Shown here one piece after another: positions 8,514 to 17,392 of a stretch of DNA of 40,967 nucleotides; the first letter of the stretch is position 1; every line of letters starts with the position of its first letter. The notes under the pieces were generated by a model. It was not told the DNA's origin. It saw only the letters and a list, made by a program, of their open reading frames with translations, and did no database searches. The stretch comes from a virus (lineage: Duplodnaviria > Caudoviricetes): the IMG/VR virus record IMGVR_UViG_3300048578_000437, positions 1 to 40,967 of that record; one strand, written 5' to 3'. A program made the position numbers and the translations under genes.

Positions 8514-9035
8514 CTAGCCGGGTGGAGCGACCTCAGGTGGTGCAGCACCGGGACCGGCGACCACGAGGTAGACGATGTACGCAACCAGAGCGAGCAAGCC
8601 GAAGCCGCCAACGCCGCCGACCCAAATCTTCACCGGAATGCCAAGGAACCTACCGGGCTCGCCGACGCTTATCGCCTTCAGGTTCGACTTCTTTGCCTTC
8701 AACTCGCCGTCGGTCACCTCGACGCCTTCGGCTGTCGTTCCTTCGAAACTCACTTTGGGCGGCTTCTTGCGAGCATCTTCACTCAAGGGCAATTCTCCAG
8801 AGGAATCCGGGGCAGGCTGGGCGAGAACGAGAAACAGATTCTGCGTGATCTGAGTATTCGTGAGCGTTGAGTCTTGGATGCTGACGAGTTCAGCGAGTGC
8901 GGTGCGGAATCGCCCCAGTTCGAAGCCGAGCGGCTGAAGGTTCGTCGGCTCGGCTGCTTGACGCTGAGCGCTTCCCTCAGGCTGCGCTAGTGCATCGACT
9001 GCGGCTTTTTTTTTTCGAAAACGACCTCGACCCAC
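8514..9035 (-). CDS. C-terminally membrane-anchored ORF, probably reached by -1 slippage from the upstream gene
   Basis: No in-frame ATG, no SD before its GTG; hydrophobic IWVGGVGGFGLLALVAYIVYLVVAG; overlaps the upstream ORF at an A10G run. Confidence 0.65.
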   Translation of the reverse strand: MGRGRFRKKKAAVDALAQPEGSAQRQAAEPTNLQPLGFELGRFRTALAELVSIQDSTLTNTQITQNLFLVLAQPAPDSSGELPLSEDARKKPPKVSFEGTTAEGVEVTDGELKAKKSNLKAISVGEPGRFLGIPVKIWVGGVGGFGLLALVAYIVYLVVAGPGAAPPEVAPPG

Positions 9036-9307
9036 GAGTCGTCGTCATAGGTCTCATCGCAGACTGGACACCGAGCCGGCAGCTCAGCAGGACTGCCGGC
9101 CCACTCATGATCCTGCGAACAGCGGATCTTCGTCTTCGAGCCGACGAAGCCCTGCTCTTCCAGAATGGCGAGCGCGGCCAACACGTCCTGGAGTGGCGTC
9201 TGGAACTCGTCAGCGAAGTAGTCAGGCCAAAGAACTCCCCAGCCGAGAGCTTCGGCACGGTCACGAATCCGCCCTGAAAGGGCGACGATTTCGCGTTGAG
9301 TCCGCAT
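8987..9307 (-). CDS. Winged-helix-like plus Zn-ribbon protein
   Basis: LAALAILEEQGFV, then CSQDH...CPVC; ends FEKKKPQSMH. Confidence 0.75.
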   Translation of the reverse strand: MRTQREIVALSGRIRDRAEALGWGVLWPDYFADEFQTPLQDVLAALAILEEQGFVGSKTKIRCSQDHEWAGSPAELPARCPVCDETYDDDSWVEVVFEKKKPQSMH

Positions 9308-9320
9308 ACCCGACCGGAGA

Positions 9321-10289
9321 CTAACGCTTGAGGGTGTCAAGAAGATGCCCCACGAGCCACGACATCGCCGACCGGCTCGTCTTGACCGGGAATTCTAGGT
9401 GGGTCGGCTTGTACTTGATCTTGAAGTTCACGCGACCGTGCTCCTCGAACCCGTCCGCATGCGTGTACGTGTAGTTGAAGGCTCTGGCGATACCGGGGGA
9501 CTGAGCGTGCTTCTTTACATCCTCGTCGGAAAAGTCGACCGGCTTGAGCCCTCCGCCATGAGAGATGCCCTCCATGATCACCTTCCCGTTCTTTCCCGAC
9601 GAATGATCAGTCGCGAACGCCGCGAGCGGCATCTTCAGCGCCTTCGTCATCTGATGGACGTGGGACTCCTTGAACTCGACCGCGGTGTAGGTTTCGGACT
9701 GGCCTCGTCCTGACTCCACAGGCGTCTCCCAGAGCCATTCGGAAAGCTGCCGAAGTGCCGCGCGGGAGTTCCCAGGAGACGAGTAGACACGCACAAGGCT
9801 GGTTCTTTTCGCCGGAACCTCGACCTCAACAGGAACGGTTTCCCAGCTGGTCTTCCGCTTCTCCTCCTGGCGAAAGGTTCGCTTGCGAAGAATGTGGATC
9901 GTGAATGCGACTCCGTCCTGAGTTGCGTGGACTCTCGCCACGCGTGCGGACAGAGAGTCAGGAACAGGGGTGGCCGCAATCGACTCGCCAATGCTCTTCG
10001 GCATCTTCGCGCCGTTTCTCTTCAGCGCGGCCGCGACTTGCGACTCGATGGCGCTCCACTGCCTTCCCTCGTGCAGGGCGTATTCCCAAATCCCGAGCGC
10101 GCGGCCGAACTCGAAGCTCCACTCGTGTTCGAGCCGGTACAGCTCATCGCCCAAGTGCTCGATAAGCTGCTCACGAGTCTCATTGGCCGCCGCATCGTCC
10201 TCGACGTGCCAGCCCTGAATGAGCTGCCCACGTTCCTTCGCCTCAACCCCTGCCTTCTTGAGCAGATGGTCCAAATGTAGATCGTTCAC
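9321..10289 (-). CDS. Hypothetical 322-aa protein, first gene of the accessory module
   Basis: GGAGGG SD before GTG; long ORF, visibly less GC-biased than the phage core. Confidence 0.8.
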   Translation of the reverse strand: MNDLHLDHLLKKAGVEAKERGQLIQGWHVEDDAAANETREQLIEHLGDELYRLEHEWSFEFGRALGIWEYALHEGRQWSAIESQVAAALKRNGAKMPKSIGESIAATPVPDSLSARVARVHATQDGVAFTIHILRKRTFRQEEKRKTSWETVPVEVEVPAKRTSLVRVYSSPGNSRAALRQLSEWLWETPVESGRGQSETYTAVEFKESHVHQMTKALKMPLAAFATDHSSGKNGKVIMEGISHGGGLKPVDFSDEDVKKHAQSPGIARAFNYTYTHADGFEEHGRVNFKIKYKPTHLEFPVKTSRSAMSWLVGHLLDTLKR

Positions 10290-10391
10290 GCCGCCCTCCA
10301 GAGGAGGCGGCAGAATGGATCACCGAAGGTGGGTAGTCCAGCTGGAGCGCAGGTTCGACATGTGACTGAATAGGTCAGCCATCCAACTGAA

Positions 10392-10423
10392 AGAGGCGCC
10401 GGCAATACGGCGCCGGCGCCTCT
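10392..10423 (-). terminator. Probable intrinsic terminator
   Basis: 12-bp stem AGAGGCGCCGGC/GCCGGCGCCTCT running into TTTCAGTT on the minus strand, just after the 10440 gene. Confidence 0.6.
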
Positions 10424-10439
10424 GGAATGCGAGTAGTGG

Positions 10440-10598
10440 TTACGCGGTCTTCTTCTTCCGATGCACCTTGCAAGGGAAGCACCACGCTTTGTGGCCGTAG
10501 GCTGCTGCGACCATCACCTTGCCGGTCCGCTTGTTGCGGTAAACCGGCGTGAAGCGACAGTACGGGCAGCCGATCAACTCTTCGTGCGAGGGGCCCAT
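10440..10598 (-). CDS. Small basic Zn-finger protein (52 aa)
   Basis: GAAGGAG SD before ATG 10598; CPYC...CFPC; the longer computed ORF is likely over-extended. Confidence 0.65.
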   Translation of the reverse strand: MGPSHEELIGCPYCRFTPVYRNKRTGKVMVAAAYGHKAWCFPCKVHRKKKTA

Positions 10599-10911
10599 GG
10601 GCGCTCCTTCGAACGAGGGGATCGACATTGGCGAGAGCGCGCGAAGGCGGAACGCCGGTGAGCCGAGCCCGCAGGCTGCGAGCTCGGCGACCAAGCCTAC
10701 GGAAGTCTGACGAAATGAACGAACTGAAGCCGCTGCATCGCTACCTCCCTGTCGGGCGCAGTTCCGTGCGCTTGCGGGGAGTTCGGGGTCGATATAGCTT
10801 CGACATCCCTGCCACGGGACGCGAGAACAGGATCTATTTCCGAACTCGAGTTGGCCGCCGCTGACCTCGAAGGTGCCTGGAAGCACCCCGCGGTTCAGCG
10901 GCGGCGTTTTT

Positions 10912-11388
10912 CTATCCTGCGACATCCTTCTTGAAGAGTTCGAACTGCCCGTCTCCCAGCCAACGGAACCGCGGACGCTTCACGTTACGGTCGCTTCCCG
11001 GAGAGCTGCGAAACACGGCCGTGTAGATCTTCGAGCCGCCGCGGGGTTCATCGGGGAGAAGCGCGGCTGCCGCTTCGGGAACCGAGTAGACGCCGTTGAC
11101 CGTCGGGTACCGCAAGCACCACGCGAGCACTCGTTCGGCCAGACTCGCATCCTCGGCATCTTCCAGAACGGTCTGAACCGGGCGATGCGCGGTGCGCTGA
11201 GCGACTGCTTTGGGCTTGGGCGCGACAGCCGTGTGGTTGGGGGCCTCTTCACGCCCTTCGCTCGCGTACAGCTCGTCGAGCAGGTCTTCCAACACGACCT
11301 TCCGGTCTCCTGGGCGGAGTAGGGCCAACTGCTCCGCGACCTGCTGACGGACCCGCCGGCGAGCTGCTGCATCAGGAAGAAGGCTCAT
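10912..11388 (-). CDS. Hypothetical protein with C-terminal winged-helix-like domain
   Basis: ATG 11388 just downstream of a promoter-like element; ends RFRWLGDGQFEL. Confidence 0.6.
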   Translation of the reverse strand: MSLLPDAAARRRVRQQVAEQLALLRPGDRKVVLEDLLDELYASEGREEAPNHTAVAPKPKAVAQRTAHRPVQTVLEDAEDASLAERVLAWCLRYPTVNGVYSVPEAAAALLPDEPRGGSKIYTAVFRSSPGSDRNVKRPRFRWLGDGQFELFKKDVAG

Positions 11389-11397
11389 TGGACGCGC

Positions 11398-11426
11398 AAC
11401 ATGACAACGCGGAATGCGCGGGTCAA
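11398..11426 (-). promoter_or_regulatory. sigma70-like promoter TTGACC-17-CATGTT
   Basis: Exact 17-bp spacing and extended TG, 9 nt upstream of ATG 11388. Confidence 0.5.
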
Positions 11427-11563
11427 GCATCAGGATGGCTTTTGTCGTCTTTGCCATGCAGGCACGGAACGCCCGTTCACTTGTCGGGGCTCAGAAGGCT
11501 TGACTCGCGCGCAGCGATGGGGATGGCGCATGGCCGCCCATCGTGAGGTCCCTGCGACAGTTC

Positions 11564-12112
11564 TCAGAACTCCCCCGAGACGCTCACGCCGGCCGCGCCG
11601 AGGGTGTTGCCCCAGACGCCCGCGGAGACCCCGCCGAGGATGCGGCGCTCGACGCTGACGCCGAGGACGAGCGGACCGGCGATGGGAAGTAGCGGGTCAC
11701 GCAGCGAGGCGCCGATCTGCACGCCGAGTCGCCAGTCCGGGAGCTGCGTGACCTTCCGTTCACCGACCTGCTGAGCCAGAGATCTCGTGCTCGATCTCGT
11801 GTCCGAGCTGCCGGCGGCGGTCTCGCGCTCGCGCGTCTCGGTGACCGTGGCAGCGGCCAGCACCACGCCGCCATCGGGGGCCGGCAGCAGGACGGGGGTG
11901 CTCGTGGTGCGCGTGTCGACGGCGCGCGCGGTCTTCCAGCGCACGACCTCGACCGTCTTCGTGCGCCACTCCGTCCGGTACTCGACGCGCTCCTCGACCT
12001 CGGCAGGGGCGCTGAAGCGGCCGGCCGAGTAGCCCGCGGCAGCGACGAGCACGAGCGCCAGGGCGAAGAGCCCGAGCTCGCGCGCGCGTTGCTTCTGTTC
12101 GTCGGTGAGCAT
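11564..12112 (-). CDS. Spanin-position lysis protein: N-terminal TM, periplasmic linker, C-terminal beta-strands
   Basis: Follows the endolysin; LGLFALALVLVAAAGY; C-terminus AAGVSVSGEF. Confidence 0.75.
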   Translation of the reverse strand: MLTDEQKQRARELGLFALALVLVAAAGYSAGRFSAPAEVEERVEYRTEWRTKTVEVVRWKTARAVDTRTTSTPVLLPAPDGGVVLAAATVTETRERETAAGSSDTRSSTRSLAQQVGERKVTQLPDWRLGVQIGASLRDPLLPIAGPLVLGVSVERRILGGVSAGVWGNTLGAAGVSVSGEF

Positions 12113-12127
12113 TCCAGTGGCGCTCCC

Positions 12128-12628
12128 TCAGGTCGCGATGTGCCGCTCGAGGTCGGCAGGGAACGCGTACGCGGGCGCGGGGAAGGGCAGGCGCGTCCAC
12201 CCCTTGAGCTGGTGGTGCGGCTGGTCCCCGTTGGGGAAGGACTTACCGAGCCAGCGACCGCCCCACTCGAAGCCGAGCGCTTCGCTGAACTCCCCGATCT
12301 CCTTGAACTTCGCGCGGAGCTCGGCAGGCAGCTCGTCCCACCCGAACCAGCGCCGCGCCTTGCCGCCGAAGGACACCGGCACGTAGAGCAGGAACTCGAT
12401 GGGCACCAGGTCGAGGGCGGCTGCGCGGCCGTGCGGCGTCTTGATGAGCGAGCCAGCGGCCGACATGCCCCCGCCGCTCAGCTTCGCCTGCAGCGCCTCG
12501 TCGGCACGCAGGCCTCCGTGCAGCGCGACGGCGATCTCGAAGGGGCCCCGGGCGATCCACTGCCGCGGCAGGTCGAGCATGCGCGGGTGCACGCCGCGGG
12601 CGCGCTCGAGGTGATGGACCTTGCTCAT
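12128..12628 (-). CDS. Endolysin, peptidase M15 family (L-Ala-D-Glu type)
   Basis: GLR...Q, TPHGRAAALD, EWGGRW...DQPHHQL zinc-ligand motifs. Confidence 0.85.
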   Translation of the reverse strand: MSKVHHLERARGVHPRMLDLPRQWIARGPFEIAVALHGGLRADEALQAKLSGGGMSAAGSLIKTPHGRAAALDLVPIEFLLYVPVSFGGKARRWFGWDELPAELRAKFKEIGEFSEALGFEWGGRWLGKSFPNGDQPHHQLKGWTRLPFPAPAYAFPADLERHIAT

Positions 12629-12804
12629 CTGACGGCCTTCAGCTCGGGGTGCGTGATGCGGTTCCGGTCGATGCCGACCCGACGCTTGAGCTCGTCGATT
12701 CGGCTCGTGATGACCTCGCGCGTTTCCTTCAGCGTCTCGGCGGCCTGGTCGGTGGCGCTCTGAGACTGCTCCACCAGCCTGCGGTAGGTGTCCTTCACGC
12801 TCAT
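12625..12804 (-). CDS. Small coiled-coil protein in the lysis cassette (59 aa; not in the ORF track)
   Basis: MSVKDTYRRLVEQSQSATDQAAETLKETREVITSRIDELKRR...; ATGA overlap with the endolysin. Confidence 0.7.
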   Translation of the reverse strand: MSVKDTYRRLVEQSQSATDQAAETLKETREVITSRIDELKRRVGIDRNRITHPELKAVR

Positions 12805-12807
12805 GCG

Positions 12808-13173
12808 TCAGCCTCGCTGTGACGGGTACGCGCGTTCGACGACCTTCTCGACCACGTCCATCGAATCGAGCGCCTTGATGGAGAGCTTCACGCTCTCGCC
12901 TTGAATTCGCATCGCGTTCTCGCTCGAGCGCACCGAGTCCTCGAGGCGGCCGCGGGACTCCTTCCGCAGCTCGAGGAACAGGTAGACGACGACGCCAGCC
13001 TCCACGCACGCGATGACTGCGAGCACGTAGGTGACGGTGCCGGTTGCCAGCTTCTCGGCGGCATCGAGGTTCAGCACCGGCTGTGCGTAGGCAGCCGCGG
13101 CGAGCAGCAACAGCCCGAGCACCAGCCAGCGGCCGGGCCTCACCCCCTCGAATGAAGCCCGGCCGCTGACCAT
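12808..13173 (-). CDS. Putative holin
   Basis: Two hydrophobic segments plus a charged tail, upstream of the endolysin; GAGGAG SD. Confidence 0.65.
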   Translation of the reverse strand: MVSGRASFEGVRPGRWLVLGLLLLAAAAYAQPVLNLDAAEKLATGTVTYVLAVIACVEAGVVVYLFLELRKESRGRLEDSVRSSENAMRIQGESVKLSIKALDSMDVVEKVVERAYPSQRG

Positions 13174-13178
13174 CGCGC

Positions 13179-13658
13179 TCACTCCTCGGCGGGCGAGAAG
13201 TCGACGAAGAACGTCCGGCCGTTGATCAGCTCGGGGAAGATCTCCGGGTTCGTGATGGAGAGGCGCAGCTCCCCGCTCGGGGTCCACCTCGACCAGTCCT
13301 TGTTCGAGTCCGAGTCGCTGCCGGCGAAGACCGGCTGAAGGGTGACGTCGACCTGCGTGATCGGCGTCTTCCCTTCCGAGTTCGGGTGGGCGGAGTTGTG
13401 CTGAAAGACGCCGGTGATCCTGCACTTCGCTCGGAACGACATGTAGCTGCTCTCTTTCGAGTGCGCGGGCTGCGACCGCTCCCACGTGTTGACCGCATCG
13501 TTGAAGGTCGGCGCTTCGAGCGCCGGGTGCACTTCGCCGCCCGCGAGCTCGCAGAGCTGCAGCTCGTCGGGCGGGCTCGTCTCGGCCGCGTGCGCGGGCA
13601 GGGAGAGCATGGAGGCGAAGCTGATGACGGCGAGCAGGGCGACCGATCGAAGGTTCAT
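13179..13658 (-). CDS. Conserved phage beta protein (RAK...V.L.PV...TPSG.L.L.I.NP...VDF); start 13658 or 13442
   Basis: Recognisable C-terminal motif; signal-peptide-like extension if started at 13658. Confidence 0.7.
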   Translation of the reverse strand: MNLRSVALLAVISFASMLSLPAHAAETSPPDELQLCELAGGEVHPALEAPTFNDAVNTWERSQPAHSKESSYMSFRAKCRITGVFQHNSAHPNSEGKTPITQVDVTLQPVFAGSDSDSNKDWSRWTPSGELRLSITNPEIFPELINGRTFFVDFSPAEE

Positions 13659-13668
13659 GAGACGAACC

Positions 13669-13694
13669 CTGCCGCGAGGCACGCACACGATTCT
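13669..13694 (-). promoter_or_regulatory. Late-promoter-like motif, copy 1
   Basis: 26-bp exact match to 21556-21581. Confidence 0.6.
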
Positions 13695-13731
13695 TCCCGC
13701 CGACCGGTTACCGCGCCCGGGCGGTAAGCGA

Positions 13732-16467
13732 TCAGCCCGCCTTGAACGTGATGCCCGAGAGGGAGATGTAGGACGTCGTGCCGACACCCAGCGCCACGCG
13801 ACCAGGGGTTCCCGAGGGTGTGCCGTCAATCTGCACATCGCCGTAGGCCGAGGTCGCCTGGACCGGGAAGAACTCGAACTGGACCTCGGGCCGGTAGCCG
13901 GCGGGCAGGGTGAAGATCGGCAGGCCGGCCCCGCTGACGCGCTTCACGACGCCGCGGAGGTGAACGAAGCCCATCGAGTCCTTCATGTACGCCGCGGGCG
14001 GGAACGAGCCGCCGAAGTCGGCCCAGCCCGTGGCGAAGCCGACGGTGCTGGCGACCGTGATGAAGGACTGCTGGTCGATCTGCGCGCGGTAGAAGTCCGA
14101 CTCCTGGACGTACACATCGCCGACGCGCCAGCTGAAGCTGTTGTCGCCGGTTGTGCTGCGCCGGAGGGCGATCACCATGAAGTTCGCGTTCGTGGGCAGC
14201 GCGCCGTAGCCGCCGCCGTAGTCGATCACCGCGTCGTACCAGGTGGAGAGCGACGGGTAGGGGCCCGAGGCGGAGCCGCTCAGGAAGATGCTGTCGGTCC
14301 GCACGAGCGTCGTCAGCGCCGCGTCTGAGTAGAGCGAGACGTCGACGATGAGATCCTTCAGGCTCACTGCGCTCGAGCCGAGCCGCATGATCGAAAGGTA
14401 GATGTTCAGCGAGCGGCAGCCGCGGCGCACCTCGAAGGGGCTCGAGACGAGGTTCCCGCGCTGGGTCGCGCTTGCGCGGAGCTCGATGTAGCGCCCCTTG
14501 CTCGAGTCGGTGCCGTGGAACACGGACCCGCCGGAGCCCCACACCTCGGCCGTCTCGCTGGGCCGGGTCACTACCTGCCATTGATCGGGCGGCGCCGACG
14601 CGAGGTTGTCGCTCGCGTGCTCGAAGTTCCCATTCAGCGGGAGGTGCGACTGCGTCGAGCTGCTGTCGTAGTGCCCGGCCCGCGCGCGGCCGGCGATGAA
14701 CGAGATCTCCGTGGACGGCTCGCCCCTCACGATGCGGTCGGCGTTCTTCGAGAACGGGATCGTCTTCGCGTAGTACGGCTTGCCAGGCACGAGGTCGGGC
14801 ACGTCGAACGCGCTCGCCTCACCCGATGCCGCGAGGGTCGCCGCGCTCGGGGTGAAGTTCGGGGACGTACTGATGTGCAGCTCGTTCGCGTTGTTCAGCG
14901 CGTCCTTCGAGCGGTTGCCGGTGATCGAGAAGCGCTGCCCGCCGACGGTCGACGTGGTCGCCAGCGCCTGCGTCACGTTGTTCGCGAGGCTGAGTTGGTG
15001 CACGTCGCTCGGGTTCGCGCGTCCGTCCTTGATGAGCCAGCCCTCACGCCGCGCCGCCGGCGCGCCGCTCAGGCGGACGCTCGTTCGCGCGCTCGTGCCG
15101 TCGAACTTGTGGCGAAGGGACTCAACTGCCAGCGTCTGCGACGAGGTGAAGCGAAGCCCGTCGCCCGGCACCGTGATGCGGTCGCCGAGCTCGAGGTACG
15201 GGTCGACGGAGAACGCGAGCGCGAGCCCGGCCAGCGGTTCCTTGAGGTCCGCCAGAATCGCGTTCGCCAAGCGGGTTGCCTCGGCCAGCGTGTCGATGTT
15301 CGAAGCGTCGTCCTCGCCTACCTCCATGAATCGAGGGAAGCCGCCGTACTTCGTGATCGAGGTGGCGTCCTCCACCTCGACGGCCACGCGCTGCGGGCTT
15401 CCCGAAGGAGAGCGGCTCGAGCTGTCGCCGTAGACGACGCGAACGCGGTTGCGGATGGACCACACGTCGACCCCGAGTTCGGTGCATTCCAACTCGTCCG
15501 CCTCGTCGATGGTCTTGTGGACGGTGCCTGAGGAGCGGTCGGGCTCCTCGAGTGTGAGCACGTACGCCGCGTAGCCGGCATCCCATTCGAACCTGATCCA
15601 CCAGCCGAGCTGATCGACCATCGTCTGAATGGCAGTCATGACGGACTCGCGCTGCTGGATGTATGGCTTCACCAACCACGCGGGCGAGATCGCGCACTCG
15701 AAGATGATGCTGCTCAGGCCGTTGTCGTTGAGTATCTGCTGGATGATCGTCTCGAGGTCGATGCCCACCTCGCTCGTCGGCCCGGCCTCCTGAAGGGTGA
15801 CGCCTCCGCTGACCACGGTTGCCAGGGTGCCAGTCGGCCACGTCGGCTCCGCGGCGCTCTGCGGCGAGGCGGCCGCGATCACCGCGTAGAAGTGACCGTT
15901 GCGCCTCGCGTCCGATGGAATGACGAGGTCACCGACCTGGAGCGTGTGCAGGTCGTAGCGCCAGACGTAGCAGCCCTTCGTCGCGTTGACGCCGTTGGCC
16001 AGCCCGTAGACCCGCTCTCGCTGAATCCACGTGTCGCGCAGCCGCGCCGACTGGTCGGTGCAGATCAGCTCAAGCTCGTCGCCCGGCCACTGCATCTCGT
16101 CGATGTACCCGTCGAAGACGACCTCCCGCAGCCCCGCGGGCGTAACGGTGATGTCGGGCAAAAGGAGCTCGCACTCGAGCACGATGCGCCAGCCGACCTG
16201 AATCAAGGTGCCGAGCGGGCTCGTGACCAGGGGCGCGAAGGAATACTTCCCCTGCTGGCGGAGCAGGCGCACGCGCGCGGTCCGGAACGTGTCGATGCTC
16301 TGCTCGACCTCCGCACCCATGATCGGGTCGCGAACGCCGTACGCGGCGAGCCCGACCTCCGAGAGTTCCGTCGCGACGTTCGACGCGTTGTAGACGGTCG
16401 CGATGATGCGGGCGCTGTGGGACGGGTTCCCCAGCACGGCCACGGCCTGAGCGCTTTTCGTGCGCAT
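13732..16467 (-). CDS. Tail tip / baseplate hub and receptor-binding protein
   Basis: VFDGYIDE...CTD hub motif, CBM-like insert (EPTWPT), SITKYG, YLELGDRITV, FN3-like and NGNFE lectin-like regions, C-terminal VHLRG...IFTLPAGYRP. Confidence 0.85.
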   Translation of the reverse strand: MRTKSAQAVAVLGNPSHSARIIATVYNASNVATELSEVGLAAYGVRDPIMGAEVEQSIDTFRTARVRLLRQQGKYSFAPLVTSPLGTLIQVGWRIVLECELLLPDITVTPAGLREVVFDGYIDEMQWPGDELELICTDQSARLRDTWIQRERVYGLANGVNATKGCYVWRYDLHTLQVGDLVIPSDARRNGHFYAVIAAASPQSAAEPTWPTGTLATVVSGGVTLQEAGPTSEVGIDLETIIQQILNDNGLSSIIFECAISPAWLVKPYIQQRESVMTAIQTMVDQLGWWIRFEWDAGYAAYVLTLEEPDRSSGTVHKTIDEADELECTELGVDVWSIRNRVRVVYGDSSSRSPSGSPQRVAVEVEDATSITKYGGFPRFMEVGEDDASNIDTLAEATRLANAILADLKEPLAGLALAFSVDPYLELGDRITVPGDGLRFTSSQTLAVESLRHKFDGTSARTSVRLSGAPAARREGWLIKDGRANPSDVHQLSLANNVTQALATTSTVGGQRFSITGNRSKDALNNANELHISTSPNFTPSAATLAASGEASAFDVPDLVPGKPYYAKTIPFSKNADRIVRGEPSTEISFIAGRARAGHYDSSSTQSHLPLNGNFEHASDNLASAPPDQWQVVTRPSETAEVWGSGGSVFHGTDSSKGRYIELRASATQRGNLVSSPFEVRRGCRSLNIYLSIMRLGSSAVSLKDLIVDVSLYSDAALTTLVRTDSIFLSGSASGPYPSLSTWYDAVIDYGGGYGALPTNANFMVIALRRSTTGDNSFSWRVGDVYVQESDFYRAQIDQQSFITVASTVGFATGWADFGGSFPPAAYMKDSMGFVHLRGVVKRVSGAGLPIFTLPAGYRPEVQFEFFPVQATSAYGDVQIDGTPSGTPGRVALGVGTTSYISLSGITFKAG

Positions 16468-16471
16468 GGAG

Positions 16472-17392
16472 TTACACCTCGATGAGGGAGCCGGAGAGCA
16501 CGCACTCCGTGGTGCTGAAGGCGCCGTTGCGCATGAGCGGCGTCACCCGCAGGCTCTCGACTTCGCCGTGGCAGATGATGCTCGACTGCACCGACCCGAC
16601 GGGCGCCGTCTTGAGCTGGTCGACGGGCAACAGGTCGGTCTGCACGTAGACCCGGGGCAGCTTCGGGAGCTGGTACCGGACAAGCGCCAGCCCCTCGAGG
16701 AGCTGGTCGACCTGCGCCAGCGGCAGGAACCACGGGATGAGGAGGAGGTTCGAGTAGCGCCAGGGCCCGCCCGAGCCAGGCGCGGTCACCGTCAGGTTGC
16801 CGCCCGAGACCGCGAGGGTCTCCGTGCCGGTGAAGTTCTGCACCGCGCCGCTCGCGCCGATGGCCCCCAGCTTCTCGCGCTTGTGGGTGACGACGGAGTC
16901 CAGCGCGCGCCAGCTCCACGCGAAGATCCGGTAGGCCGCCAGCGTGTCGTCGTACCGCCAGGCCGCGAGCGTCGCGCCCGACAGCCCGGCGGCCGCGGCA
17001 GTCACCGCGCTCTGGTCGTAGAGCTTCCCGGGGACGACCATCGTCTGCCCGGTGGTGAGCCGGAACACGCCGTTGCCGCTGCCCGTGAGCGGGTTTCCGC
17101 CACCCGAGCCGATCCACGCGCCGGTGCCTGTGAGTCCCAGCCCCTTCGCGCCCCACTGGTTCGTCTCCGTCGACCAGAACTCCCCGTCGCCGAGGATGAG
17201 CGAGCGGTAGAGGAGCACCTCCTCGAGCGGCGCCGGGCTGAGGTCGAACTCGAACACCCACTTGTCGCGCCGGCGCTCTTTCAGGTGGTGCCCGCGCGTG
17301 TTGCGGCCGGTGGTGCCGACCGGCTCGAAGCCGGCGGTCAGCGAGTCGATCGCCACGGGGAGGTCGACGCCGTTGATGGTCAAGGCGCTCAT
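16472..17392 (-). CDS. Distal-tail-like protein
   Basis: Between tape measure and hub; LTINGVDL...RNTRG...KWVFEF, C-terminal LSGSLIEV. Confidence 0.7.
   Translation of the reverse strand: MSALTINGVDLPVAIDSLTAGFEPVGTTGRNTRGHHLKERRRDKWVFEFDLSPAPLEEVLLYRSLILGDGEFWSTETNQWGAKGLGLTGTGAWIGSGGGNPLTGSGNGVFRLTTGQTMVVPGKLYDQSAVTAAAAGLSGATLAAWRYDDTLAAYRIFAWSWRALDSVVTHKREKLGAIGASGAVQNFTGTETLAVSGGNLTVTAPGSGGPWRYSNLLLIPWFLPLAQVDQLLEGLALVRYQLPKLPRVYVQTDLLPVDQLKTAPVGSVQSSIICHGEVESLRVTPLMRNGAFSTTECVLSGSLIEV

Noticed and set aside
10366-10378. CTGAATAGGTCAG as another SOS box
   Set aside because: 13 bp instead of 16; half-site spacing is wrong
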